The translations under genes were made by a program, and so were the position numbers. The notes under the pieces are model-generated. The model was not told the origin of the DNA and did no database searches. It saw nothing but the letters and a program-made list of their open reading frames with translations. Positions 20,719 through 30,849 of a DNA stretch of 64,000 nt are shown piece by piece. Each line of letters starts with the position of its first letter. The first letter of the stretch is position 1. This stretch comes from an uncultured Armatimonadetes bacterium (GTDB lineage: Bacteria; Armatimonadota; UBA5829; DTJY01), in NCBI GenBank assembly GCA_963717145.1, contig OY970325.1:4192001-4256000 (forward strand), written 5' to 3'.

Positions 20719-21626
20719 AACTCGCGCACCGTCGGCTTCCAGTCGAGCTGCCTGAGGAGGTCGAGGTAGTCGTCGGGCGTCATCTCCTCGGGACGCCTGC
20801 CCGAAAGCGCGATCAGTATGCCCTCGATCACGTTCGTCCCCGGCGTGCGACCATCAAACTCCCACGTGCCGGTGACCAGAGTCTTCACTCCTCTATCCCT
20901 CAGGTTGCCGACTTCGGCCTGCGTGAGGGTGTTTGTGATCACCATCTTTCCCTTGAGCGCGCCCGATTCGGTGGTGGGCATGAACCGGCCGATGATCTTG
21001 TTGTCCCCCGCGATCACATCGGCCCAGCGGAAGTAGTTCTCGTGCTTCGGAGTGATCTGTTCCTGCTTCTCGCCGGTGGGATAAATCCATTTGAACGGAA
21101 GACGGCTGACGATCGGCAGGAGTGTGCGGGCGACGAACATCAGCGCGCCGTAGGATTTGATCGGGATCGGGATGCCGCAGTTGAACATCAGGTCGCCGAA
21201 GACGACCGATTGGGCGAGTCGGGTCGCGGACTCGGCCATCCCGAAGCGGTCCACTCCGCAGACGACCAGGATGTTCTTATCTGAAAAGTCGATGATCCCC
21301 TGGCGCTGGATCCACTCGAAGGTCTCGCGCTCGAGAGTGTTCTTCAGGCCGCTGCCGTCTACAACCGGAGTGATCTTGGCATTGGCGGCGAGTTTGGCGG
21401 CATCGCGGATGGTGTAGCGGTGCTTCCCGGCATAGAGGTATAGGTCGATGCCGCCGAGACCGATCGCGTCGACTTTGCCGTCGAGTTCGCGCATCAGCTC
21501 GGCATATCTCTTGAGGTCGCCGTTAGTACCGATGCGGGACACCTCGATCTCCTGACCGAGGATCGTCTTTGTGGCGCAGAAATCGCCCTTCGGAGAGCCC
21601 AGGCTGACGCTGACGACTTTCTTCAT
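20715..21626 (-). CDS. Conserved protein of the family often annotated 'quinate 5-dehydrogenase' (function unverified)
   Basis: VVSVSLGS, RIGTNGD, LDGKVDAIGLGGIDLY, VDGSGLKNTLE, GTNVIE. Confidence 0.7.
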   Translation of the reverse strand: MKKVVSVSLGSPKGDFCATKTILGQEIEVSRIGTNGDLKRYAELMRELDGKVDAIGLGGIDLYLYAGKHRYTIRDAAKLAANAKITPVVDGSGLKNTLERETFEWIQRQGIIDFSDKNILVVCGVDRFGMAESATRLAQSVVFGDLMFNCGIPIPIKSYGALMFVARTLLPIVSRLPFKWIYPTGEKQEQITPKHENYFRWADVIAGDNKIIGRFMPTTESGALKGKMVITNTLTQAEVGNLRDRGVKTLVTGTWEFDGRTPGTNVIEGILIALSGRRPEEMTPDDYLDLLRQLDWKPTVREL

Positions 21627-21786
21627 ACGCTGGTATCTTTCGGGGGCTGAGGCCGAATTCCTTTTTCAAGGAAATGGGAACCCACCCGGGCGCTGTTCGT
21701 ATTAAGGTGTAAGCACGGTTTTGCAGGAGTCGGCCACCACTCCTGCGAAACCGTGTCACAGTTTGATTCCTCAAAGGAGAACCACG

Positions 21787-22584
21787 TTGAAAAGGAAAGT
21801 AACAATCGGAGTGGTGACGCTTATGCTGGTTGGAGCGGTCATCCTGGCGGCGAGCGCATTCCACCTCGTAGGTGCGGAGGCTCAAGGGATGGGATGTTGC
21901 GCGACCCAGCAGGGCGTCGCGGATCAGTCATGTCCCATGGTGTCGGTCGCGGGCGATGGTGCGCAGGCGCTCAGCCCGAAAGACGGCGCCATGTGCGACC
22001 TGAAGAAGGCGTTGAACCTGACGCCCGAACAGGACCAGAAGATATCAACGGCAATCAAGAGTTTTATGGCCGATGAAGCGACCGTAATGGGCGACCTGAA
22101 GGCCAGGCGCGCGGAGTTCCACAAGATGATCATCACCGGCAGACCCACCAAGGCGCAGGTGGCGTCCAAAGTGGATGAGATCACTACTCTGCAGAGCAGG
22201 TTGATGCTCGATGCGGCGGACCGGTTCACCGAGGTGAAATCGGTCCTGACTCCCGCTCAGTTGAAGTCCCTTGCTGAGAACCCCGATCAGTTCGGCCCGA
22301 TGTGCCTGGGAATGGGCGGACAGTGCGGCATGATGGGTGGCTGTGGCATGACGGGCGCCGGTCATAAGATGATGGGCGGCGGTCCTCCGATGGTTCCAGG
22401 GCAAACGGTCAAGCCGCCTGCGGGGAACAAGGTCGAGTCGGCCGTCTGCCCGGTGATGGGGAACCGGATACCCGACGTCAGCAAGGCGGCCGGTCACAGC
22501 GTATACAAGGGCAAGACTTACTATTTCTGCTGCGCAGGCTGCAAACCGTTGTTTGACAAGGACCCCGGGAAGTATGTGAAATAA
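21787..22584 (+). CDS. Secreted Spy/CpxP (LTxxQ) protein with C-terminal YHS domain
   Basis: LNLTPEQ and VLTPAQ motifs; CPVMG..YKGKTYYFCCAGCK..F..DP.KY; RBS AAGGAG before TTG. Confidence 0.85.
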   Translation: MKRKVTIGVVTLMLVGAVILAASAFHLVGAEAQGMGCCATQQGVADQSCPMVSVAGDGAQALSPKDGAMCDLKKALNLTPEQDQKISTAIKSFMADEATVMGDLKARRAEFHKMIITGRPTKAQVASKVDEITTLQSRLMLDAADRFTEVKSVLTPAQLKSLAENPDQFGPMCLGMGGQCGMMGGCGMTGAGHKMMGGGPPMVPGQTVKPPAGNKVESAVCPVMGNRIPDVSKAAGHSVYKGKTYYFCCAGCKPLFDKDPGKYVK

Positions 22585-22714
22585 GCGCCGTGTGGATGGT
22601 AGCGTGGATCGGAAGGGGCGGGAGATGTGTCTCTCGCCCTTTCCCCATGTGTGGCGAAGGAATCAGGGGGCGTGAGCGCCAACTGATGAGTAAAGCCACC
22701 CAGGAGTATAGGAG

Positions 22715-23830
22715 ATGAATATGACCAGGCGCAGAACGATTCTGCTTGCACTTATTGCATTGGTGCTGCTGACCTCGGCCTCATGGGCCGCGACCCCAAA
22801 GAACGTCATCCTGATGATCGGCGACGGCATGGGACTCGCCACGGTGACGCTGGCGCGACTCTCACTCGCCGCGCCGTCGACTTCCCTGAGCATGGACTCG
22901 ATGAAGTACACGGGGTTCGCCATGTCGCACTCCGCCAATGCTACTGTGACCGACTCCGCGGCCGCCGGGACCGCGCTTGCGACCGGGTACAAGACCAACA
23001 ACGGGATGATCAGCACCCTTCCCGATGGCACGGTCGTTCAGACGATTCTCGAAGCGGCGGGCAGGAAGAACAAGGCGACCGGCCTCCTGACCACAGTCAC
23101 GATCACCCACGCGACACCGGCTGTCTTCGGCTCGCACGTCAAGGCGCGAGCGGACGAGGCGGAGATTGCGCCGCAGTATCTCGACAGGAGGATCGACGTC
23201 CTCATGGGCGGCGGGCGATACTACTTCATGCCGAAGTCGCAGGAGGGAAGCAAGCGAGCCGACGAGCGTGACCTGCTTGCGGAGGCGAAGACCGCCGGGT
23301 ATTCCGTCGTCGATACTCCGGAGGCCATGACCGGTGTGACGACCGGCAAGCTGCTCGGCCTCTTCCAGATGAGTTCCCTCAGCGCGGACGGCCCAGTTCC
23401 GCCGCTCGCCGACATGACCGCCAAAGCGATTGAGTTACTCTCGCAGGACAAGGATGGATTCTTCCTGATGGTCGAGGGCGGCCAGATCGACTGGCAGGCG
23501 CACAATAACGACCAGGCCGGCACGGTCAGGCATATGATGGACTTCGACGCCGCAGTCGCCAGGGCGCTCGAGTTCGCACGGAAGAAGAAAGATACGCTGG
23601 TGATCGTTACCGCCGACCATGAGACCGGCGGCCTGACGATCATCTATCCGGACAAAGACAGCACCGATCCGTTCAAGTGTGCCTGGACAACGAAAGGCCA
23701 CTCGGGGTGCAACTTGCCGATCCTGGCGGACGGCCCCGGCGCTGAGATGTTCACCGGCGTTCTCGACAATACAGATATCCCGAAACGGATCGCCAAGCTC
23801 TGGGGCATCCCGGCCTTCGGAAGCCGCTGA
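22715..23830 (+). CDS. phoA: Alkaline phosphatase
   Basis: NVILMIGDGMG, TDSAAAGT, HATPA, EGGQIDWQAH, TADHETGG. Confidence 0.93.
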   Translation: MNMTRRRTILLALIALVLLTSASWAATPKNVILMIGDGMGLATVTLARLSLAAPSTSLSMDSMKYTGFAMSHSANATVTDSAAAGTALATGYKTNNGMISTLPDGTVVQTILEAAGRKNKATGLLTTVTITHATPAVFGSHVKARADEAEIAPQYLDRRIDVLMGGGRYYFMPKSQEGSKRADERDLLAEAKTAGYSVVDTPEAMTGVTTGKLLGLFQMSSLSADGPVPPLADMTAKAIELLSQDKDGFFLMVEGGQIDWQAHNNDQAGTVRHMMDFDAAVARALEFARKKKDTLVIVTADHETGGLTIIYPDKDSTDPFKCAWTTKGHSGCNLPILADGPGAEMFTGVLDNTDIPKRIAKLWGIPAFGSR

Positions 23831-23838
23831 CGCGGACT

Positions 23839-23918
23839 GTGGGAGTATGGGAGTGTGGGAGTGTGGACTCCCCACTCCCACACTCCCATACTCCCACACC
23901 CCCATACTCCCACACTCC
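23839..23918. repeat. Palindromic octamer tandem repeat array
   Basis: (GGGAGTAT/GGGAGTGT)n followed by the complementary (ACTCCCAY)n. Confidence 0.9.
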
Positions 23919-23922
23919 GATG

Positions 23923-23950
23923 TGAAGGTTCCCCCCGCCACAGGGTCTAA
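23923..23950 (+). promoter_or_regulatory. Candidate autoregulatory ECF promoter
   Basis: TGAAGGTT-N14-GTCTAA. Confidence 0.5.
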
Positions 23951-24061
23951 GCTATCGGAATGATTTGCAAATCCGACGTGGTCGTGCTAGCATGGAGGCC
24001 GAACGAAACGATGCTGAAGCATGTGCTTCGGCCCAATGCTCAGGACTGCGTTACGGCGCTC

Positions 24062-24712
24062 ATGAATAATCCTGCACAGGAAACCGACCTGATCCGCGGC
24101 GATCGTCCGGTCGCGGCGGAGACGGCGAATAGCATCGCCCGGGACGGCGACTCGGACCTAGAGCTGGTGATCCGCTCGCAGTCCGGGGACGTCGCGGCGT
24201 TCGGGCAACTGGTGGACCGCCACAAGCGGATGGTCTACGGCATCATTTCACGCATGGTCAATAACCGTGATGACGCCGACGACCTCGCGCAGGATGTGTT
24301 CGTCGCTGCATACAGACATATCGGGGGCTTTCGGCGGGATGCCAAGTTCACGACGTGGCTGCATACGATCACGGTGAATACTACCTTGAAGCGGTTGAAC
24401 AGGATGAAGCGTCAGACAACGGTCTCCATAGACGATCCGGACACCGGCCTCGAGCCGGTGATACATGACGAGAACGAACCGTCCCCGATGGACCTGCTTC
24501 AGGACAAGCAGCGCGCGGAAGCCGTGCGCAAAGCGGTAGATTCTCTTCCGGATAAGCATCGGATCGTCGTTGTTATGCATTATTTCGAGCAATACTCCTG
24601 CGATGAGATTGCGGCTGCGCTCAAGTGCTCGATCGGGACGGTCTGGTCCCGCCTGCACTATGCATGCAAGAAACTGCAGAAGGAGCTGTGCTGGATCGAA
24701 CAGGGGTCATGA
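24062..24712 (+). CDS. ECF sigma-70 family factor (start uncertain)
   Basis: DDLAQDVF, FTTWLHTITVN, SCDEIAAALKCSIGTVWSRLH. Confidence 0.9.
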   Translation: MNNPAQETDLIRGDRPVAAETANSIARDGDSDLELVIRSQSGDVAAFGQLVDRHKRMVYGIISRMVNNRDDADDLAQDVFVAAYRHIGGFRRDAKFTTWLHTITVNTTLKRLNRMKRQTTVSIDDPDTGLEPVIHDENEPSPMDLLQDKQRAEAVRKAVDSLPDKHRIVVVMHYFEQYSCDEIAAALKCSIGTVWSRLHYACKKLQKELCWIEQGS

Positions 24713-24713
24713 T

Positions 24714-26029
24714 ATGAAGTGTTCAAAGTTCCGAAAACTGCTGATGCCGTATGCCGAGGGCTCTCTCTCGAAAGAGATTGCCGACTCCCTCGATCAACAT
24801 CTGGCGGAGTGCGAGTCGTGCGCCCGGGAGCTTCGATCGCTCGCCTGCACGGTCGGCGTACTCAAGCAGGTCGAGTACCCGGCGATGGATCCGGCGATTG
24901 ACCTGCGTAGTCGGGTATTGGCGCAGATATCCCCGCAGCCCGCGCGCAAGTCATGGTGGCAGTCGGCGAGGCTTCAGGCGTACTCGGCGGCGGCCGCCGG
25001 ACTGCTGCTGATCGCCCTCGTTGGTGGCGGAATGTGGTCGATGCTCGAACGCGGCATGGAGGTCACTGCAACTCGGGAAGTCGGCCAGAGCGTGGACACT
25101 CCGGAGCAGCCTTCGAAGGCCCCTGCGCCTTCTGAGCCGCAAATCGTGCTCCAGGGGCCGCAGCCCGGTGTCTCACCGCGGAAGTCGGCCGTGAAGAAGA
25201 TCGAGCGCAGATCGCCGGGAGAGAAGGCCGTGTTCCCACTTATGACACGCAACTGGTCAGATGCCGACGGGGATCGTGCATATGGTATGTACCGGGATTT
25301 CGGCAATCGGTTTGACCGTAGCGCACCGGCTGTGTCATCGCCAGCGGACGAGGAGCCCGCGCCGTGCCGGAGTCATCCGCCAACCACTGGAATATGTTCG
25401 GGTACGACGCCGTCGGGGATGAACCCCAGCCGCCCGCAGGGCCTTCTCGGCCACCGTCGCAGGAACTGGCCGAGAGCACCAAGCAGTCGGATTCCGGAGG
25501 AAACCAGTTCTTTGCGTACCGTGGTGGGTCGGAAGGCGGCTATGCCGGGAGACCGATGGCCAACGCCACTGGCGAAGCGGCCTCCCCGACGCTTCCCCCA
25601 GGAAATGTTAGGGGTGCTCTCACTGCCGACCAGCCGGTGGCCGGGACGGACTTCAGCCTTAGCATGAAATCGGACGCCCGCATGGCCGCCGGAAATGCCA
25701 CCTCGTTCGCGGATGAGATGCTCGGTGTGGACATGGATGCTCTCGAGACGAAGCTCAGGGACTTCCCATCGAGCGTGACCACGATCACCGATCTGATGCT
25801 GAAGTACCGTGAAGCGGGGCGTCCGAGGGATGAGTATCAGATGGCGCAGAGGCTCACGAAGCTCGATCCCGACAACTCGGGTCACTGGCTGTCGAGGGCT
25901 CAGGCGGCGGACCGAGTCCCGATGCCGAAAACGGCGGAGATGTGCTACCGGCGAGCGATCAAGCTCGGCCTGAAGGGCGAGGAACTCGGCCGCGCTCAGG
26001 AGCGTGTGAAGGTGCTGGAGAAGAAGTAG
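24714..26029 (+). CDS. Transmembrane zf-HC2 anti-sigma factor with C-terminal TPR-like domain (apparent frameshift ~25362)
   Basis: HLAECESC, TM helix, low-complexity linker; continues in ORF 25364-26029 with helical repeats. Confidence 0.8.
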
Positions 26030-26092
26030 ATGTCCCCCTTGCGAAGGGGGACCGGCCTCTGGGCCGAGGGGGTCTCCGGGTGTGGGGATATC

Positions 26093-26978
26093 CTATGACT
26101 CCCGCTCCACCACAAACCGGGCGATCGCACGGAGCGGATCGGCGCGGTGATCGAAATCGCGCAGCGCGTCGAGAGCTTCGTTGAGCGCGGTCTGAGCCAA
26201 TTCCCTCGACTTTTCGAGTCCCAGTAGCGCGGGATACGTCGCCTTCCGCTTCCGAAGATCACTGCCCGCGCTTTTCCCCAGCCTCTCGGAATCGCCCACG
26301 AGGTCGAGGATGTCGTCGGTGATCTGGAACGCCGAGCCCGGTCCGAGCGCCATAGGTGGTAAGCGCGTCCAATTGTGCCTCCGTCGCGCCGCCGAGCATT
26401 CCCCCGCATACGACCGCGGCCTGGATCAGCATCCCGGTCTTGCGGCTGTGGATCGACCGCAGTTCGTCGATGTCGACCTGCTTCCCCTCGGACTCCATGT
26501 CCACCACCTGGCCGCCGATCATGCCCTCCCATCCAGTGGCGGCCGCCACGCGGATGAGCACCCTCAGCGCCGTGTCCGCCGGCGCGCCCGTGGTCTGCCC
26601 CGAGATCACCTCGAAGGCGAGCGCCAGGAGCGCATCGCCCGCAAGGATCGCGACCGCCTCTCCGAAGACTCTGTGGCTCGTCGGTTTGCCGCGCCGAAAG
26701 TCGTCGTTATCCAGCGCGGGGAGGTCATCGTGGATCAGGGAAAACGCGTGGATCAACTCGATGGCGCATGCGGTTGGGAGCGCCTGTGCCTGATCGCCGC
26801 CGACTGCCTCGCAGCCGGCGAGCGTCAGGATCGGGCGAAGACGCTTTCCGCCCTGCGTGACGCTGTATCGCATGGCACGACTGATCGTAATCGGAGGGCG
26901 ATCCTCCGGCGGCAAGTATCGATCGAGCGCCGTGTCTATGATGTGGCGGCTATCGGCCAGGTATGTCTGCAGATCCAA
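26093..26978 (-). CDS. ispA: Polyprenyl (farnesyl/geranylgeranyl) diphosphate synthase (apparent frameshift ~26332)
   Basis: [39 protein letters not shown] lies in the shifted frame. Confidence 0.92.
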
Positions 26979-26993
26979 CCGTTGCGCTCCTGC

Positions 26994-28493
26994 CTAGAAC
27001 GAGAAAGACGCACGAAGCTCGAACTCAGTGCCGTCCTCGACGGATGAGCCGGGCGCGGTGATCTTGAATGGGGCGATCCGGACCGCCAGGGACTTGTCCG
27101 GTGCGATGTCATAGGCCGCTGTCAGAGAGAGCAGTCGCCTGGATCCACGCTCCGGCGGTCCTGGGTCGTTCTGCCGCTGATTCAGGTATTCGCCGATGAG
27201 ATCGAACTTCTCTGAGATTGTATACTCGCCCCTGAGATAGAGTGCCTGTGAGTTCGGGCCGATCGGACTCCCGATGATATTGAAATCGTGAATGTATGCC
27301 AGTTCGGGGACCTCGGCTCTCGTTGCGCCGTATGTCAGCCGATCGATCAGTGTGTATTCAGCCACGAACAATGAGTGTCTCCTCCCGCCGAATGGTTGAG
27401 GGATGGAAGCTCCGAAGGTGAATCCCGCCTTCCGGGGCCTTGTATTGCTCTTCCCGAAGATCCTGGGCGACGTAATATCGTCAATGACCAGTTCGCCGTA
27501 CAGCTCCATCCCGCTGGGAGTCCGATACGTCAGGTCTGCGCCGGCAAGGTTGTTGATCTCCTCATCCTCCGTGAGGAACAGATGCTGGTAAAGATAGAAG
27601 GGCATCACGAGAATAAGCGGGTTCGGTGTCTCATTCATCTTGGCCGTTTCACTGATCCCCAGATGCCAGCGGTCAGAGAGGCGCTTCTCGTACCTTCGCC
27701 CGAAGAGGTAAAGCCTTTGGTGGACGTCTTCGAACGTGCTTGCGAACTCCGTGATCTTGACGCTGCCTATCAGTGTCCCGAAATCGACATCCTTGCTTCC
27801 GCGAATCTGCCAGAACGCCGGCGCGTTCTCCGACATAATGAGCGATCCGGCATAGGAAGGCCCCCAGTTGGCATATGCGCGTCCGATAAGCCACGAGACA
27901 TCGCCCACGGCTCCCCCGATGAAGGACTTGTCGAACTTGGTGGTCACTCTGGGGTCATGGTAGAATCTCTCCTCGTGTTCAGCCAGCGTGTATATCCCGA
28001 AAGTGCTGCCGGAGAAGTTCAGGAACGCGGAGGCTCTGTATGATGTGTCCGGGGCAGACTCGTCCCTCAGGTCTTTGACGGCCAAGCCCGTGAGATAGCC
28101 GAGGGGAATTGCCTCGAATTTGGTCTGTCCGCTCGACCACTGGCCGACGGTCTCGGGCGCGACTTCCGTCAACTCAGGTCGGAACTCCGAGACGAGGTGG
28201 TTGATCAGTGCGCGCTGTCTGGAGTTCGGATGCGTAGACTCCGCGGACTGAAGGATCGACGCGATGACGCCGGCCATCTCCAGCCGGTTGAACCGTCTGT
28301 CGCCCTCGAAGAGCCTGGCGGACATCCCGGGAACGAGACCATCCGCGGCTAGGCTGATCATCGCATCGTGTGTCCAGTCGCCCAGCGGAACTCGGTCGGT
28401 CGAGGCGACGCTTCGTGTCGCGGACGCCGAGGAGATGATGGAGAGCACGATGAAGCTCAGCAGGAAGACTCTGAATGCGGCATACTTGCCCAT
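26994..28493 (-). CDS. Capsule assembly Wzi-like outer-membrane protein with SLH-like N-terminus
   Basis: Signal peptide, DRVPLGDW..DA..L..DGL..NRLEMA, WGPSYAGSLIMSENAP, ELYGELVIDD, terminal Phe. Confidence 0.7.
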   Translation of the reverse strand: MGKYAAFRVFLLSFIVLSIISSASATRSVASTDRVPLGDWTHDAMISLAADGLVPGMSARLFEGDRRFNRLEMAGVIASILQSAESTHPNSRQRALINHLVSEFRPELTEVAPETVGQWSSGQTKFEAIPLGYLTGLAVKDLRDESAPDTSYRASAFLNFSGSTFGIYTLAEHEERFYHDPRVTTKFDKSFIGGAVGDVSWLIGRAYANWGPSYAGSLIMSENAPAFWQIRGSKDVDFGTLIGSVKITEFASTFEDVHQRLYLFGRRYEKRLSDRWHLGISETAKMNETPNPLILVMPFYLYQHLFLTEDEEINNLAGADLTYRTPSGMELYGELVIDDITSPRIFGKSNTRPRKAGFTFGASIPQPFGGRRHSLFVAEYTLIDRLTYGATRAEVPELAYIHDFNIIGSPIGPNSQALYLRGEYTISEKFDLIGEYLNQRQNDPGPPERGSRRLLSLTAAYDIAPDKSLAVRIAPFKITAPGSSVEDGTEFELRASFSF

Positions 28494-28539
28494 GCGGCGA
28501 CTCCTTCTTTGGGAAACGGGGTGGGGCGCAGATGATGCA

Positions 28540-29739
28540 TCAGCGGCTATCGATGCCTGTCGGGGTACGCTCCCGATCCCGGGAGAAGATCCGATCATCC
28601 ACGGAGGCCAGTATTCCGTATGGTTGGCTGGTCGAAAGCATCGGGGATGACCGGTATTCGCGATACTGGTCGGTAACGAAGCTGAGTATCTGCGATTTGA
28701 ATACGGACACATCGAACATCTCGGCATGCGAGCGGATCATATAGGGATCAAACGTCGATGGATCGAGATCCGTCACCGCATGAGCCAGAGACTCGGGCGT
28801 CTGCTCGTGGAAGAACTTGCCGGTCACTCCGTCGACCACCGTCTCCAGCGCGCCGCCGGCAGCAAATGCCACAACGGGTTTGCCGCATGCCATCGCCTCG
28901 ACAGGCGTGAGGCCGAAGTCCTCGAGCCCCGGGAAGACGAGCGCCCTGCACTCGCGAAGACATCTTTTCGTCTCCTTCTCCGGCAGATGACCCAGGAACT
29001 CGACTGTCGGCCCGGCGTTCTTCTTCAGCCGTTTGGAGTCGCGCCCGTTGCCCACGATCTTCAGCGGCAATCTCAGGCGGTTGAAAGCCTCGATGGCGAC
29101 GTCTATCCGCTTGTACGGCAGCAGTCTGGAGAGGATCAGGAAGTACCCTTCGTCCTTTTCGCTCACTGTGAACCTGGAGGTATCGACTGGTGGATGGATA
29201 ATATCCGAGTCGCGCCGATAGTATTTCCAGATTCGCCGCCTGATCTCGTTCGAGATGGCTACGAAGTAATCGACGCGGTTCGAGGTGATCTCGTCCCATC
29301 GTCGCACCCGATGGATGACATACGGAAGGCAGAATCTCACGAATCGCGACAGCGGTTCCTGCTCGATGTACGTGTGATAGTTCCACGCGAAGCGCATCGG
29401 CGTGTAGCAGTAGCTGATATGGCAGGTATCCGGCGATGTAATGACTCCTTTGGCGAACGACGATGAGCTACTCAGGACTACATCGTATCCCGATAGATCG
29501 AACTGCTCGAAGGCGTAGGGGTACAGAGGAAGATACCGCCGGGCGTGCCTGCCTATCATGGGCAGATGCTGCATGAAGGAGGTTCGGATGTCGGCCGTCC
29601 GGAACGATGGACACACGGCGGAGGGAACGTAGACCGATGTGTAGATAGGAGCCTCGGGAAAAACCTCCCGAAATACCTTGACTACCTGCTCAGCGCCGCC
29701 CATCTGATTCAGGAAATCGTGGACAATTGCTACCTTCAT
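28540..29739 (-). CDS. Glycosyltransferase family 4
   Basis: VHDFLNQMGGAEQV, EDFGLTPVEAMACG. Confidence 0.93.
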   Translation of the reverse strand: MKVAIVHDFLNQMGGAEQVVKVFREVFPEAPIYTSVYVPSAVCPSFRTADIRTSFMQHLPMIGRHARRYLPLYPYAFEQFDLSGYDVVLSSSSSFAKGVITSPDTCHISYCYTPMRFAWNYHTYIEQEPLSRFVRFCLPYVIHRVRRWDEITSNRVDYFVAISNEIRRRIWKYYRRDSDIIHPPVDTSRFTVSEKDEGYFLILSRLLPYKRIDVAIEAFNRLRLPLKIVGNGRDSKRLKKNAGPTVEFLGHLPEKETKRCLRECRALVFPGLEDFGLTPVEAMACGKPVVAFAAGGALETVVDGVTGKFFHEQTPESLAHAVTDLDPSTFDPYMIRSHAEMFDVSVFKSQILSFVTDQYREYRSSPMLSTSQPYGILASVDDRIFSRDRERTPTGIDSR

Positions 29740-29760
29740 AGCCTGCTATCCCCTCGTCTT

Positions 29761-30849
29761 CTATGTGCCTTGGTAGATATTCAACGTCTGCCTGGCTGTT
29801 TCCTCCCACGTGAAGCTATGTACCCGGTTCAAGCCCTTAATACTCATGTCCCGCCTAAGATCAGGCGCCTGCAGGACTTTCAACATGGCAACGGCCAACT
29901 CCTCGACACATCGAGGCTCTACCATGATACCGGCGTCCCCGACCACCTCCGGGAGCGACGAGGCGTTCGATGTGATGACCGGAGTGCCGCATGCCATCGC
30001 CTCCAGCGGAGGAAGACCGAAGCCCTCGTACAGGGATGGGAAAACGAACAACTCCGCCGAGTTGTAGAGCAGAGGAAGCTCGGAGTCGGGGAACCCCCTG
30101 AGGAATACCGCCCGATCCGACATGCCGGCTGCCTCGATCCTTGCCCCGGTCCGTTGGCAGTCTTGGCTCCCGTCATCGAGCAGGACGAGCGGGTGGGGCA
30201 CATCGCCTCGGATCCGTGCCAGCGCATCGACAATCGAAGGGACGTTCTTATGCGGCTTGTGGTTGCCCACGTACAGGAGAAAACGGTCGGGGAGACTATG
30301 CCTGGACCTGAACTCCGCCTTCTCGGAGTCGCTATATGGCTGGAAGCGATCTTCGACTCCGAGGGGAATAACACGGATTTTGGACTCCGGAGCGCCGAAG
30401 AACTTGACTATATCTGCTCGGGCGGATTCCGAATGCGTGATCACGACACGGGCATTTCGGATCGACAGACGGATGGCGATCTCATAGACGGCTCTCTTGG
30501 CGACGGAGAGGCTCCGGGGATAATACGAATAGATGGTGTCGAAGATGCTCACGACATAGGGCATCGGGAGGCGATATGGATGCAGGAAATAGGGGAAGTG
30601 CGCGAGGTCGCTTCCCTGCAGCAGCGTGGGCAGCCCGGTGAACACTCGGGGCGAGAACTGGGGGATGTCGGTTTCCACTCGATGGAAGCGCCCATGGTCG
30701 GCCAACTCATCGAGTGCTCCGGGCCGACAAAGGATGGAGTACTCGTCCTCGGTATCCAGCTTGGTGAGGGCTCTCAGCGTGCTCTGAACCACCCTGCCGA
30801 TGCCGGTCGGCGATGAGAGTACCAGTCTCCCGTCGACTGCGATCCTCAA
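29761..30849 (-). CDS. Glycosyltransferase family 4 (mannosyltransferase-like)
   Basis: PSLYEGFGLPPLEAMACG, SSLPEVVGDA. Confidence 0.93.
   Translation of the reverse strand: MRIAVDGRLVLSSPTGIGRVVQSTLRALTKLDTEDEYSILCRPGALDELADHGRFHRVETDIPQFSPRVFTGLPTLLQGSDLAHFPYFLHPYRLPMPYVVSIFDTIYSYYPRSLSVAKRAVYEIAIRLSIRNARVVITHSESARADIVKFFGAPESKIRVIPLGVEDRFQPYSDSEKAEFRSRHSLPDRFLLYVGNHKPHKNVPSIVDALARIRGDVPHPLVLLDDGSQDCQRTGARIEAAGMSDRAVFLRGFPDSELPLLYNSAELFVFPSLYEGFGLPPLEAMACGTPVITSNASSLPEVVGDAGIMVEPRCVEELAVAMLKVLQAPDLRRDMSIKGLNRVHSFTWEETARQTLNIYQGT

Noticed and set aside
23839-23918. Repeat arrays as CRISPR
   Set aside because: Units are 6-9 nt in tandem or inverted doublets, with no unique spacers and no cas genes
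29545-30816. Long antisense ORFs (for example 423 aa here, 9166-10317, 62515-63777)
   Set aside because: Shadow ORFs opposite well-supported genes in high-GC DNA, with no recognisable motifs
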